From positions 186,001-250,000 of the forward strand of contig CT868020.1 in NCBI GenBank assembly GCA_000165425.1: a DNA stretch of 64,000 nt. The letters are read 5' to 3'. Both the position numbers and the translations under genes were made by a program. The DNA is from Paramecium tetraurelia (lineage: Eukaryota). This document shows, piece after piece, positions 1 through 12,618 of the stretch. Each line of letters starts with the position of its first letter. Positions within the stretch are counted from its first letter, which is position 1. The notes below the pieces were generated by a model. That model had not been told where the DNA came from and ran no database searches. It saw nothing but the letters and a program-made list of their open reading frames with translations.

Positions 1-3000
1 AATATTTGTTTAATGTAATTATAGTAATTCCTTTTAATCTAATTTCTTTTGCAGACTTATTGCTATTTGATTCATGTTTTCCTTCAATTCCAAATAAAGT
101 TCTTTGAAAACCTATAGAATTTCTTGTATCTTTGAGACGTAGATCTGAATTTTCTCGTCATTTATTGGTGAAATGATATTCAAGGGCAATCTATCTCCTT
201 AATCCAATATAGGCATAAATGTTTCCTCTGAATGCAATGAGATGTATTATTTCTCAGGATCAAAATTCCACCCATATCTCAACAAGAATTGCAGCAATTT
301 ATCACCCAAAGTAATATTTTCACCTATAGCGGCTAACATAACAGTTAAACAAAATGAGCTCACTCCACCTGTATAGGAGTCATTCAATCCTCGATGCTTC
401 AAGAGTTTTTTCAAGACTATGGCTACTTCAGTAAAGCCTTTTACTGAATTTCCTACCTAACGTTGATAATCTGTTGAGAGAAGTCCAACATGGTAGCCTT
501 AATATCCATACATTGGATATGGTTGTTGTAATTCAAACGTGATGTCAATTTAGATGTTTTAAGCTTTACTTAAAAATCAAATCAATACATAATTCTCCGT
601 ATTTCAGATTAAATTAATCGATATTTCGATGATTCATCACATAATAAAGTGGGTTTCCTACAAACTCTAGAAATCCAGTTGAAGGATCAATTGTAATTTT
701 GATTAAAGGAATTGTTGCTTGAAATATATGTCTAAAAGTTGTGTTAGGATAAATACTTGTAACTTATAGCCCATTTCATTTATGAGAATACTTCCAACAG
801 TTTCCTCATAGGATCAAATAGTTAGGCTTTTGTGAACACAGGTAATCCAAAAACTACCATATCAACATCACTATCATGAAGGGCTAGACCTGTTCTTGAA
901 GAGCCAAAAATAACAGGTTCAACTTAAAATTAGAAAAAATGAGCCTTAATAATATGTTACACTCTTAGTATGGCAACTTCTCTTGCAGTTCTAAACTTGA
1001 GTAAATTATCCTATTCTTTCTGATAGATTGATTAAATATCCCTTGAAATCTTATGTTCCAAAATTTCCTAATATATCTTTTCAAGAGTCTCTTTCTCCAA
1101 ATCATATTTATATGTTTTTTATTCTTTGCTTGCGCTTTTCACTAAGCCAGGTCTCTGAAGTGTACTATCCTACTCTTTTTTCTAAGAAAGAATCTTAGGG
1201 GGAGTGGTATTACCCATTTTGTAATCATCAGATAGATAATTTTGCTATGAAGAATTTGATTTTTTCATCAAGATTGCTTGTTTTTCAACTTGGTCTTCCT
1301 TTTATTCTTTTTCCTTTTTGCTATTTTATTTTTTTTTTTTCCCATTAAATTTCTTCTTAGTAACTTCAATAAATTCTCCATCGTCATCATGCGTAGAGGT
1401 AGTTGTACAAAGAAAAGTCTCTTAGACTTATTCTTATACTTCTTCATCTTTTTAGATTTCAATTTGGACTGAAGGTTCAAATTATTAGGTTTGAACACTT
1501 TCACTTGATTCTACCTATTAAATTTCAGGAAGTTTTTTGAGTTTCTTCTTTTCTTGATTCCTAATATAACAATGAATAATTACTCCTTTCTTCTCTGTTT
1601 TTTCTTTTGATTCTTTGTTTACGTATCATTAATCCATTCTTCATCTCCGAATTGAATCTCTTGTTACTACTGTATCTATTGATACTCAGTACAATTTGAT
1701 GTACATTCACTCATATATTGTTTTTTCTGATTTTTAGCCTTTTTCTATTTTTACTTTTTGAATTTCTTCTGATTTTCCAATTCTATAAATGACTCATCCA
1801 CCACTCTTTTCATAAATGAAGTAGCGAATTCATAGAAAATACTTTCTACTTCCTCATTACTTGTGCTAAATAATCTTTAATCATTTTCAGGCAATATTTT
1901 CGATTTTGAAGGGTTTTTAAATAGCTTGCCTACCTGCTGCAATTATTATTATTATTTCTGTTTATCTTATTCAGGTTTAACTCTTTTAATTTCAGGTGCT
2001 TAAGTTAAAGGAAATTCTTTCAGTAATGTTTTGGAAATCAAAAATTTGCAAAATAACACATATTCATTGAGTACTTACTTGACAGGAACTGAAAACAATT
2101 CTTTTGGTTGGTTAAAATAGTACTAAACTTCTTTGCAAAGAATTTGACACTACAATGGGTTCATTTTGATCTCTTCATTCCAAGAATGAATTAGGTTCAG
2201 TTCATTGATGAATTACTTCTGATTCGATTGTTAGGTAAACAGTTATTAAAACTCAAGGAAAGCTTAATTTAAGTTTAAGGAAGCATAATTAAATCTTACA
2301 AGATTCAAATTCAATAAATTTTTATGTTAAGTGTAATTGCTCCCCTCATGAGATTAACGATATCTACAATATTTGATTGAATGAGTACTTTAATAGAACT
2401 GCAATTTAGAATTCTTCTACCAATAACTCAGGCAATGTCTAATAGACCTTCTGTTTTTTTAAGTTAATTTCATAATAGCCTTCAGTCTCATGAGATTCCA
2501 ATTCTCCCAAACTTGTAAATATGGTTCCATTGGATATTGTTTCAAATGAATTTATAATCTGTTCAACATCCCCTCTTAATGTAATGGTATCAAATAACCA
2601 TTCATAATCAGACACATAGATGTGATCAAGGATGTACTTTAATTTAATGAAATTTATGAAATACCTTATGTGCATTTAAATCAATCTTATTTAAACGCTT
2701 ACAATTTTAAATAGAATAATATCTGCTGAGTTCCTCAGCAACATTAACTTCAAAAGGACTACATAATAATTCCTAATATTCATGTAGCCCAATTTGATCT
2801 ATCTTGAACATTTTGAGATATAAATAAACTCTAAAGTAGGATGTAAAGGAGAGCACTTCTTCCAATTGTTCCTAATTTAGTTGTCTCAACCTTGAAATTA
2901 GAGTGATTGATACCAATCGAATATGGATTATTTTAGATCGTTAGATTTTAGTTTTATTTCTGGCAAGGGATTGCTATAGTAAACCACTTTATTAATTTGT

Positions 3001-3050
3001 CTGGTTGAGGTTCTATAGACTTAAGTCAGAGGATAGAAAATCTGGTTCAT
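1..3050 (-). CDS. Non-canonical poly(A) polymerase / terminal nucleotidyltransferase (Trf4/PAPD5/Cid1 family) with long N-terminal extension; 3' end runs off the window
   Basis: ATG at 3050. After removing tiny introns the protein has IFGSSRTGLALHDSDVD (GS plus DxD), QIDITF (third Asp) and the PAP-associated segment GLNDSYTGGVSSFCL...YGWNFD. Confidence 0.85.
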
Positions 3051-3148
3051 AAATAAATTATTTTCTAATATTTTCAAAAATGATAAAATAAATTTGGGGG
3101 ATGTTTTTGTTGTTTTTAATTGTACTTGAGTATATGCAAAATATATCA

Positions 3149-3818
3149 TCATCTGTACCTTCTGAGGGAAATTCTGTTTCTTCTAGCGTAATTGGCTCTT
3201 CTTGATGGTCTTGTTTGGTTGTTTCTGTGACCCTTTACTCTGAGACCTCTGCTCTTTCTGCCAGCAGATGTTAAGCCTAAAATAATAGAATTTGCAGACT
3301 ATACCTCTTAATTCTCTGTGCTTGTGAACAGGCTTGGTAATCCAATTGATTCTTGAATCTCCTCTGATGGCTGGATGGAATGGATCAACTGTGATGACCT
3401 CATAATATTTATATGTTCCGTCTTGAGCCACCCAATATGAATTCAAAACTCTCAATGCTCCAATTTTTCTGCCAACTCTCTCTTCAGCAACTGATCTGAG
3501 ATTTCTGGTGGGCTTCAATTGATTAACTCCTTGACTCTTGGGTTTACCCTTAACAAGACCCTTTCTGATCAACAATTTTCTTCCACCTCTTCTGACTCTG
3601 ACTCTGTAGATAACATAACCTTTAAAAGATCATTTTAAAATCTAACCTTATTTGGCCTTGTAACCTAATCTTCTGGCTTTATCTGGTCTGCTGGGTCTAG
3701 TTGCTCTATGAATGACTGGCAATTATCTGTATTCCCATGTTCTGATTCTCATGATGAAGCTGAGGACATCAGATTATTTCTTTTTCCAAAGCTCTTGTAA
3801 ATATTTATATGCACCCAT
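3149..3818 (-). CDS. RPL15: 60S ribosomal protein L15 (eL15)
   Basis: [21 protein letters not shown]...[15 protein letters not shown]...[18 protein letters not shown]...SLRRYR-TGA. Introns at 3620-3646 (27 nt) and 3277-3304 (28 nt). Confidence 0.98.
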
Positions 3819-3929
3819 TGTGAAAGAGAAAAAAAGATTTTTATTAATTAAAAAATTTCAAATCGATATAAACAAGCACACTAAATATACACAGATTTAA
3901 ATTTCAAAAAATAGCGTAAAAATATGTCA

Positions 3930-4562
3930 TCAAAGTTCGTACTTGAAGAGATTATTGTTCAAGAAATTTAGATCAAATAGATTGCTATCATCATATTGCT
4001 CCCATTTCGTGAGTTACCCTTATTATTTAGCTTTTATGAGAATCTAAGGGGATTCAAATCTTTTATATTTTATGACATCTGTTCTATTTAAACTTTTTAT
4101 TTGTTGTAATTGACTAATTGATCTCTCCTTGATTGATTTTGGTTTTATTGCACATTACTCAATATTAAACCCCATAGTAAATGGACAAGGCCGAAAAGCC
4201 CGTTAATTTTTGATTTTACTCAATGTCGACATGGCCCTCATGATCTTCTGATCATTTGCGTATGGTTTTTGATTGGGATTAAATATTGCCTGATGCAATG
4301 AGTTATTTTTATTGTGTTCTTCGAAAATTTACTGTTTCGGTTAAATAGTGCTGAAGCTTTCCAATTACAACCCCAAACTCATATGCAATTTCTACTTCCC
4401 TTAAGATTCTACTAATGCAGTCGAAGGACGCTTTTACTTTAAAGGTGTAATTTATTATTATGTTTTTACGATTTTGGCTTTGACTCTGTTCCTATTGAGT
4501 ATAAATTAATAAAGTCCATGTTCCTGGAACTTCTACAACTAGGAACTTGAACCGTTCTCCAT
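3930..4562 (-). CDS. Hypothetical protein (about 210 aa)
   Basis: Uninterrupted ATG-to-TGA frame under the ciliate code (MENGSSSQLQKFQEHG...NNLFKYEL); no family recognised. Confidence 0.7.
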
Positions 4563-4644
4563 ATATTTTTGACTGCTCTGCAAATTTTGTTAGCTCAGCA
4601 TTTAAATATGTTAAACTTAAACCCTTTATATAATAATTATTAAA

Positions 4645-5094
4645 TCAATAATCCATCCGCAAACATTGTATCTCTTTATGAGTTTGATGGCAATCCAAAC
4701 TGCAATACCTTTCCAAACATCTCGGACATGTGTACTTGGCTTGTGATCTGCAAATACTACATTATTTTGTCTACTGCGGCTTCGCTTTCGGAGTTATATT
4801 CTGGAAATTTAGGAACTCAGACTCCAAAGGTGTATTTTTAAGCATCTTCTTTAGATTAACATTCTTTCGTAGTGAGTTATTCTATTTCTTCTTTGCAATC
4901 CTCAACATTTTGCTTTTCTTTCTATTTGCTGATGCATCAGAGAGTTCTTCTTCCGCCAATTTATTTGGTGAATCATAATAGTCACTCTCCAAAATATCCA
5001 GTCTTGATTGAGTTCTTAAGCTTCTTTAATTTTCATCTACGTTTCTCACATAAGTATAGGTCTTTGTACGCTTCTAATGTCGAGTTGTAGCCAT
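4645..5094 (-). CDS. SWC6: HIT-type zinc-finger protein, SWR1/SRCAP subunit Swc6/Vps71/ZNHIT1-like
   Basis: 149 aa, no intron. N-terminal RLDILESDYY motif and C-terminal CSICRSQAKYTCPRCLERYCSLDCHQTHKEIQC zf-HIT. Confidence 0.85.
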
Positions 5095-5143
5095 CGAATA
5101 CCTTTTATTTTATAATTAAATTTGTAAATAGATTAATATTTAA

Positions 5144-7118
5144 TCAATTAAAGATCTATTAAAAACTTATACTTCTCTTTCCCTATCTAATAGCTTTGCC
5201 TATTTGTTAGCCATTTTAGAAGTTTCTTTTTTCCGATTAGGTGAATTTATCATCAAGATAAAATATTCCTTGTTGATCATGGAATTCCCCTTTATGAAAA
5301 TTCCCTACATACTTTGTGTAACCTAATTTGTTGTTGTCACAATTAAGTATGGTCAAAGTTCCTTATCCCTCAAATAACCCATTAACCCATTTACCTTCAT
5401 ACTTTTAATTTTTGCTTTATTATTTTAGATATCCCTATTCATGATATTATCCATTCCTCAAATTACCACGAAAAAACTCTAATTCTTAATAACCTCTGCT
5501 TTTCAAATTATAGACTGTCTTTTTGCAATTATCCCCAAAAATTATTTTATTTTAATAACTTACATTCTCGTACCATGTGATCTATTATTGATTCTACGAA
5601 ACTTATAAGATATCTCCAAAATAAAGTTACCCATTCTAAAAAATCCCTTTATAATAATTGCCTAAATCATCAATTGCATATCCTATCTGAACTCCCCCAG
5701 AATGATCTTGAGCTTTAATAAAGTAACTAATTTTGAACTAGTCTACTCCTATAACTTTGTTTAGGTCTTTTAGTGCCATCATCTAACCTTATTACTTCAG
5801 AGTTTAATATTATATAAACTGGTCTATAATCTTATTATTCTCTAGCTCAAGCCAAAATAGCATTTTATTTCTTTCTTTGTTAATATAGCCAGTGTCAATC
5901 TCCTTTTTAATTTAATTAAATTCAAACTCTTTTGGATCTATTTTATTTAATCTATGAATTATTTATGAGAAATATATCCTGAAGTCTCTCACTTAATCTT
6001 TATTTCCATTTTAACTAAAATGGTTTTCAACATGATATAATACGAAATATTATTCTGTAGGATCATATTTTTCTAAAGTTGGAATTTTATCTAATTAAAA
6101 TCCTTCAATCAAGTCAGAAATCAAATTATATAGGTTAAGTACTTTATCCAACTTGTTTACTCTATCAATGCTATTTTTATTACGATTTTATTCTCTATAA
6201 AGTACCAACCTTCGCTAATCAAAATAATAAAAATAATTGGGGTCAAAATTTTCTTAAGAGCAACACAATCGGGCTTGTTATTAATATTTTTTTTAGTCAA
6301 TCATTTTATTTTTAAATATAAATTATAATGGCTATTCAGTAAGGATAGCGCTAGCTTGATTAAACCATGCCTCGTTGAGTAATTCTTTTGGTAAAGTAGG
6401 CCTAAAATTAAGATATGTAAATTTGTTACATTGTTTATTAAGAATTTTATTGAAGTTCATCATACATTTCACAGTAGTTCGAGAAAAAATAATAGATATT
6501 GAAATTATCTTATTTTAATTCTTAGATTTGTTCGTTGAAAAAGGCTTAGATGTCTTCGCCCAAATTTCCTTATGGATGCTCAATTATAATTTCCATTAAC
6601 CTTGCAATTGCCTTTCTATAGGTGTGAGTTTATTCTGAGTTAGTCCATAAGTTATCCGAAATAAAGGTGATGGCTAATATTTCGTTTGCACCATTCAGAA
6701 AAAAGTTTTAGCTATTGAATAAGAGTTAGCCCAAGTGTTAAGATATTTCTTATTCGGATGATTTCTGGCTTATTTATTATTAAGATGATATTTGAGATAA
6801 GATCTTAAGTAATACACAAGCTTAATTGATAAGCAAGTATTTTGTTTATTCATCCATAAATTAGTTGTACTCCAATTTTTTTAAACAAATATGGTCCTTA
6901 TATTTTATACACATGATATATTTATAAGGATCATAGAGTATTTTTTCTATCTCCAAAATGAAGCCACCATATTACATAGCCATTTAATTCTACTCCTCTG
7001 CAATTTTAGAAATTCTCTTCATTTTTTGCAGATCCACATTTTCTAATCTCATAATTACTTCCCCATCGAATGAATACATGTTATCTACAATATGTATGAA
7101 ATTTTTGGAATTATTCAT
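5144..7118 (-). CDS. Degenerate kinase-like N-terminus plus C-terminal MORN repeats; apparent frameshift near 6695
   Basis: MORN repeats YKGIFQNGQLYFG, KYEGKWVNGLFEGQGTL, KYVGNFHKGEFHDQQG. The MORN frame is open upstream to 6694 via an intron near 6405-6430. The 5' part from ATG 7118 is in a different frame and reads like a divergent kinase lobe. Confidence 0.6.
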
Positions 7119-7629
7119 ATTTGGTAATATAATAATAATTATTTATAGATATTCTAACCCCTTAAAATAGCAAACTATAGGGAAACATTCTTATATTATA
7201 TATTTATAAATGAGAATTAATTATAAAAGGTAGAGAATAGAATAGCAAATCTCACTTTATTTAATAAAATTTATTAATCTTTCATTTTATATTAATGAAA
7301 TTTTAATAATATTGTTATTTATTTGAGCCAAGCATAAACAATAATTTTTACAAGAGATATGATTAACTTCACACTTTTTTTGCCTAGTATTTGGATAAAA
7401 ATCTATTTTTACACTTGATTCTACTCTCTTACTTTAGTATAAATAGGTTAAAATATTAATCGTAAGAATTCATAGATTAAGGCTGTGAATAATTGTATCT
7501 AAAAAGAATTATAGAATAGGTATGATTACTCCCTCAAGGAATAGTAAATATCAATGATCAGTTGAGATTATTATTAATACTTAGTAATTAAACAGTTTAT
7601 TAATATCTTAATATAAAAATAAAATTAGA

Positions 7630-9122
7630 TCATTCGCCTGAATTGAACAATTTATTGTGGTATTATTCTGCCATTTTGAGGGGATTTTTGGTAGTTTTTA
7701 AGTCAATAACTTCTCCTGGTTTATCCTGTTGGTTAAGATTGATTTAAGCAAGAGGTTGATTTTATTATTGAACTGGAAGTGCTGTTTATTATTAGAGTGG
7801 CTATATAAATTGCTAAGGAGGGGGTTGTAACTATTATTGCTTAAGTAACTAAGGGGGATTTTGATAAGGATGTTATGATTGGAAGGGCAAGGGCATAGTA
7901 TGAAGTTGTTATGGGAGGAACTATTAATTAGGCAACATCATTGATTAAGCATATTATGGTTGGAAGTTGAATTGTTGGTTTGGGAATGGCAATAAGGAAG
8001 GAAATCCTGAAGGAAGTGGTGGTAACTAAGGCATATTCATAGTTTCAATTGCAGTTATAGGATTGAACTTTTAGAGTATTGGGAACCCTTGGAGAACTCT
8101 AGTTGGAATGGGAGAGTTAGAAGCATGATGATTTTGTTGACTGCTTGGTCTCTCATGCACAACTCTTCTAATGATTGGTTATTATTGTTATTGTTGTTTG
8201 ATTGGTGAAACTTATTTGGGCTATTTAACTTAATCTCTTGATATGAATATATAGGATTGTAATTAATCTAGAATGATTTGTAATTAAGATGGTCTTATTT
8301 CCACTTGATCTAACTCATTTTTGACTTAATCTACAAATGATATAGTCATTTCATGTTATCGTGAATAGATATCTTCTGGTCTGCTTTATTTGTAAGATTT
8401 TATGAGTGTTTTTAAGCATTTCTCAGAATTCAATTTCTATAGTCTTCCTTACATATTATTCCATCTATCATAGGCTAACCTATGAAATTGATTGATTTCA
8501 TTGAGTAATTGATCAGTTTGCTTGATTGATTGAGAATTGAGATTGTTTTCTAGATTTTACATAAAGGTATCGATTGCCTTATAAAATTGTTCTTTTGCAT
8601 CTAAGAATTTTTTTTTCTAAGCTTCTCTATGATTTTTAACTAGATTCCTTAATTCTACTACATCCTCAATGTCTTCTCCCAACATATTGCAGATGTCAAC
8701 GATTTTATTATATTGCTCACCAAGACAATAGCCAAGTAAATCAAAATGGGGAGCATAGTCTTATCCCAAATGATCATCCTAATGGATGGTAACACACATA
8801 GGACAAAGTGGTAATAAGCAATCACTTATATGATAATTTTAAATAGATACGAATTTTTGCAAAAGTTTTATATGAATTGGTCTGGATGGTAATGGCAACT
8901 AACGATGGGAGTACTTTGTTATGCATTGTATAGAATATGCTTTAACTTTTATGGTTGAAATGTTGGGATTGGTTATTATTATTGTGGTTATTATTACGGT
9001 TAAATATGTTAAGAGGGTTGAAGTGGTGATAAGGCTCTTGTAGGAGTATTAGATCTATCAGATGGCCTTTATGAGTCAACATCAAAGATGCGACTTCTTG
9101 GTTGCCTCTAACTTGAATTCAT
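7630..9122 (-). CDS. B-box zinc-finger / coiled-coil protein with Pro/Gln-rich tail
   Basis: CHYHPDQFIQNFCKN-(intron)-DCLLPLCPMCVTIH B-box pattern, then a coiled coil and low-complexity P/Q region; TGA at 7630-7632. Confidence 0.8.
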
Positions 9123-9149
9123 ATTTAATATTTTTAACGGATATTAATA

Positions 9150-11440
9150 ATTATGTTCCAATATGTATCGAATCATTGTTATGGGCTTTATTCTGATTTC
9201 TCTTGGTTCACTTGATAATTTGATTTTAATTCAATTATCAAATCCTATTTAACCAAATCTTTGAGAACTCTTTCTACAGAATCTTAAAAATATCATTTAG
9301 ATTTCAATTATCAGTTTTTTGGATCTTATTTTTGACTTCCATAATAAAATGGGTTATTTTAAAGGACAGTAATTTCAATAACTTAAAGTATTCATTGACA
9401 AACATCATTTATTAGGATTGCATTAGCATAGAGATCATCAAATCTAAATAATTCTACAAGTCCTACATAGAATAGTTAATTTCTAAATAATCTAAATGTA
9501 GCAATATCACATTTAACAAAAGACCATTCTGATAATATAATCAAATTGTTTATTTATTAGTGTATTTAGAAATAAGCAATAGTAGAAAATTGATAAATAA
9601 TAAAAATTTGATCCATAAGATTAAAAATAAAATTAAGCTTTAAAAAGTTGAATTCTTAGGCAAAAATAATCTAATTATTTAAAGTCTCTACAATTCTGCA
9701 TATAACAAAAGATTAAAATTTTCAGAAGACTTTAATATTTAAAATTAAACAATTATCATCAGCGTTATACTTAAATTCAGTATCATCAAAATTTAACAAT
9801 ATGATTTTGAATTTCTCTACTATTAAATGATCTTTATTATGTTGGTTTAATATGATCATAATAAAAAGAGCAAATGTTTGAATTAACTTAAGAAAAAATA
9901 CTATCAATTCACAAGCCACAAAACTTTAAAAAATTTCCTACGGTTTTTATTATGCCTTTTAACTATTTAATGATTAGTAAATTCAAATTTTTTTATAAAT
10001 CTAATTAGAATGCAACATTTAATTTATTTTTTTTGGTTGTTGTTAAATTCATTAATTTTATCATGCCTTTATTGAAATTCATCGTTAAATAAATAACCAT
10101 AGCCTTTTATAAGAAATTGATTTTCATAATAAAATTTACAAAAAATCTTTATATTAAAAAGGATTAAGATGTAATCGACACTATCTATGATATTAAACGA
10201 TTCAAATAAGTAAACTTAATAAGGTAGGATTAAATTAAAAGTAATAAACATCTGAACCAAATAATTGACGATTTAATAAAGAAAGTAATACCTTTCAAAA
10301 TTAGGCCGTAATGAAAAGTCTCAAAATATACCTAAATTGAAAAGTCAAAAACTGAATCTGGTAAATTATTTATAATTTTCTGAAATTTATAGTATTTCAA
10401 TATAAATCAATGACCCATGTCAAAACCAGTAATTTTTGATTAATAAAATTTATTTAAAAATGAATAAACCTTAAGAAACTACACTTATTAAGAATTTTCC
10501 TCATAAACTTTAGCTATTGAGGTTTCGAAAACAATAAATTGCAAATTTAATCAAATATAAAGTTCAATTGGCCAAAAAAATTGCTAAGATTAAAAAGAAT
10601 CCTGACTGATTTTGTAATACGTTTTTTAAAATATTTACATTATAGACTTTTTAAATTTTTCGAAATAAGCACCTTCTAATTAATATTGACCATCTATTAA
10701 GAACAATATAAATTCGTTTTATTCTTCAGTGTCCTCATTTATATTATTTTATTTTATAAATATATGTATGAAAAATTGAGTAATTAAAATACCTCCTTAG
10801 ATGTAAAAAAAAGAAATGGAAAATGCTTAATTAAAATATATTTTAATAGAGTAAATGGTTTATCATTTATTTATAAGCAACATGAGCATATCTAGGTCTA
10901 AGGAGATCAAAATAATACTTACTTATTTATTCCTTTTATGAGTTATGAAATAACAGAACGTCTATGGGGGTTGATAATTTGAGACTATATCCTAAGAATC
11001 TAATACTTGAAATTTTATTTCTACCTTTTTAAAATTAGAACATTTTTTAAATCTCTTAAAATTAAATAGATATGTAATTGAAATACTATAATCGATTGTT
11101 ATATATGGCAATTATTTAATAAGGATCTAAGAATCTAGATAAAAAAAATGTTATATATTTTAAACACTTTAATTAAATAATAAGAACTAGAAAAATGTAC
11201 AAGAATTTTTATTAATAACAAATTATTTAAAAGGTTTTAGTTCATTAAAATAGAATAATATTTGAGTTTCTGATAAAATTGACAATTATAATTTATTAAA
11301 CACTTTGAATGAACTGATTTTTGAATTGATATGGAATACTATTTATTAGAATTCTAATATCAAATTAAAGTTGCATTTTACAGGAATGATTCATAAACGA
11401 ATGAATTGCCTTATATTTGATTATTACAATGTAATTATTC
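9150..11440. pseudogene. Probable decayed gene remnants; no intact ORF found
   Basis: A 2.3 kb gap in an otherwise compact locus. Codon-like stretches (for example about 10063-10610 on +) are broken by TGA and frame changes. Confidence 0.35.
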
Positions 11441-11499
11441 TAATAAATGAAATTAAGTGATTAAATTAATCAATAATAATTATAATATTTAACAGCTAG

Positions 11500-12539
11500 A
11501 TGTTTTAATCAACTCCAAAACTCAAATCATACGCTTCATAACAATTGCTATAAAATACATTGTAGTAGAAATAATTTTAGCAACCAATATTTGGAGAGCT
11601 AAATCCTTCTACTCCCTAAAAGTTTAGCATCGTCAAGAACTTAAAAGTGCTAAATGCTCCATCATAACAAACTGAGAGTAGCTTTAGGCAAAGCAATAGT
11701 AAGCGTATCAACACTCAGGAGAGCCCATCTGTTAATAAAGAGAACATTAGCAATCGAGTGGAGACATCTCAAATAGAGATCCAACTTAGACATGTTTTGT
11801 AGGAGAACAAAAAGTTAAATGATTTAATCCAAAAATTGACCAGAGAGAAATAATAATTGACAATTGGAGACAAGAATACTGATTTAATCCTCATTAAACA
11901 AAGAGTTGAAAGACTCGAATCAGTTATAGATTAGTAGAGCGATGAGATAGAGGAATGGAAAAAAAAATATAAAGAAGTATGTGAGTAAGACCAAAGAAGT
12001 AATTCAATAGAATAAATGGTATTATATATTTTAAATTAGGAATAACAAATGATATCAGTAATAGAAGAAAATGAAAAGATAAATGAGGAAAAATTAAAAA
12101 TGCAACAATAAATCCGTAATATGGAAAAAGATGTATAGTAACTTAAATATCAAATTGCGGATTAAAATAATCAGATAATAGCTTATGAAGAGGAAAGGAT
12201 TAAACTATTAGATCAATTGAATAATAATGTTATTTCAGTAAAGCAACCCTAATAATAAATGAATAATAAGGATTACTTTTTGGAATAAATATCGTTATTA
12301 GAAAATGTAAGAAATATATATTTAGTATATAGAACTTATCTGATCTATAATCAGCTTACAGTATCTAAGTACTAGATAATTAAAAGTTGAATTAAATGAT
12401 TGTTGGCTTGAATGAAGAATTGCAACTTGTGAATAAATAATTAGAAGAGGTGAAGAAGAATCATAAGATAGAACCAAATCAGAAATTCTCAGTGATGAAA
12501 TCCCTCTTAGGAAAACTTAGAGAAGAAGTGAATAGTTGA
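11500..12539 (+). CDS. Coiled-coil protein
   Basis: ATG 11500, heptad-rich E/K/Q/L sequence (RHVLQENKKLNDLIQKL...), two tiny introns, TGA 12537-12539. Confidence 0.8.
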
Positions 12540-12618
12540 TTATGCTTATTTATTATACTTGTTAAGAGAGGAGATTCTATTAGATATGTACCATTTATGT
12601 AATATATATATACGCGCT

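Noticed and set aside
427..448. Hairpin TTCAGTAAA-GCCT-TTTACTGAA containing the U5 loop-I nonamer GCCTTTTAC
   Set aside because: It lies within the nucleotidyltransferase CDS, the nonamer is paired in the stem rather than looped, and there is no U5 context or Sm site.
3924..4113. Small plus-strand ORF with an apparent GT-AG intron
   Set aside because: It is fully antisense to the longer uninterrupted minus-strand gene 3930-4562.
6695..6697. In-frame TGA as possible selenocysteine
   Set aside because: There is no redox motif context or visible SECIS, and the upstream coding signal is in another frame.
7209..7620. Short plus-strand ORF candidates between the MORN and B-box genes
   Set aside because: They are under 80 codons with no motif, and such frames are expected by chance with one stop codon.
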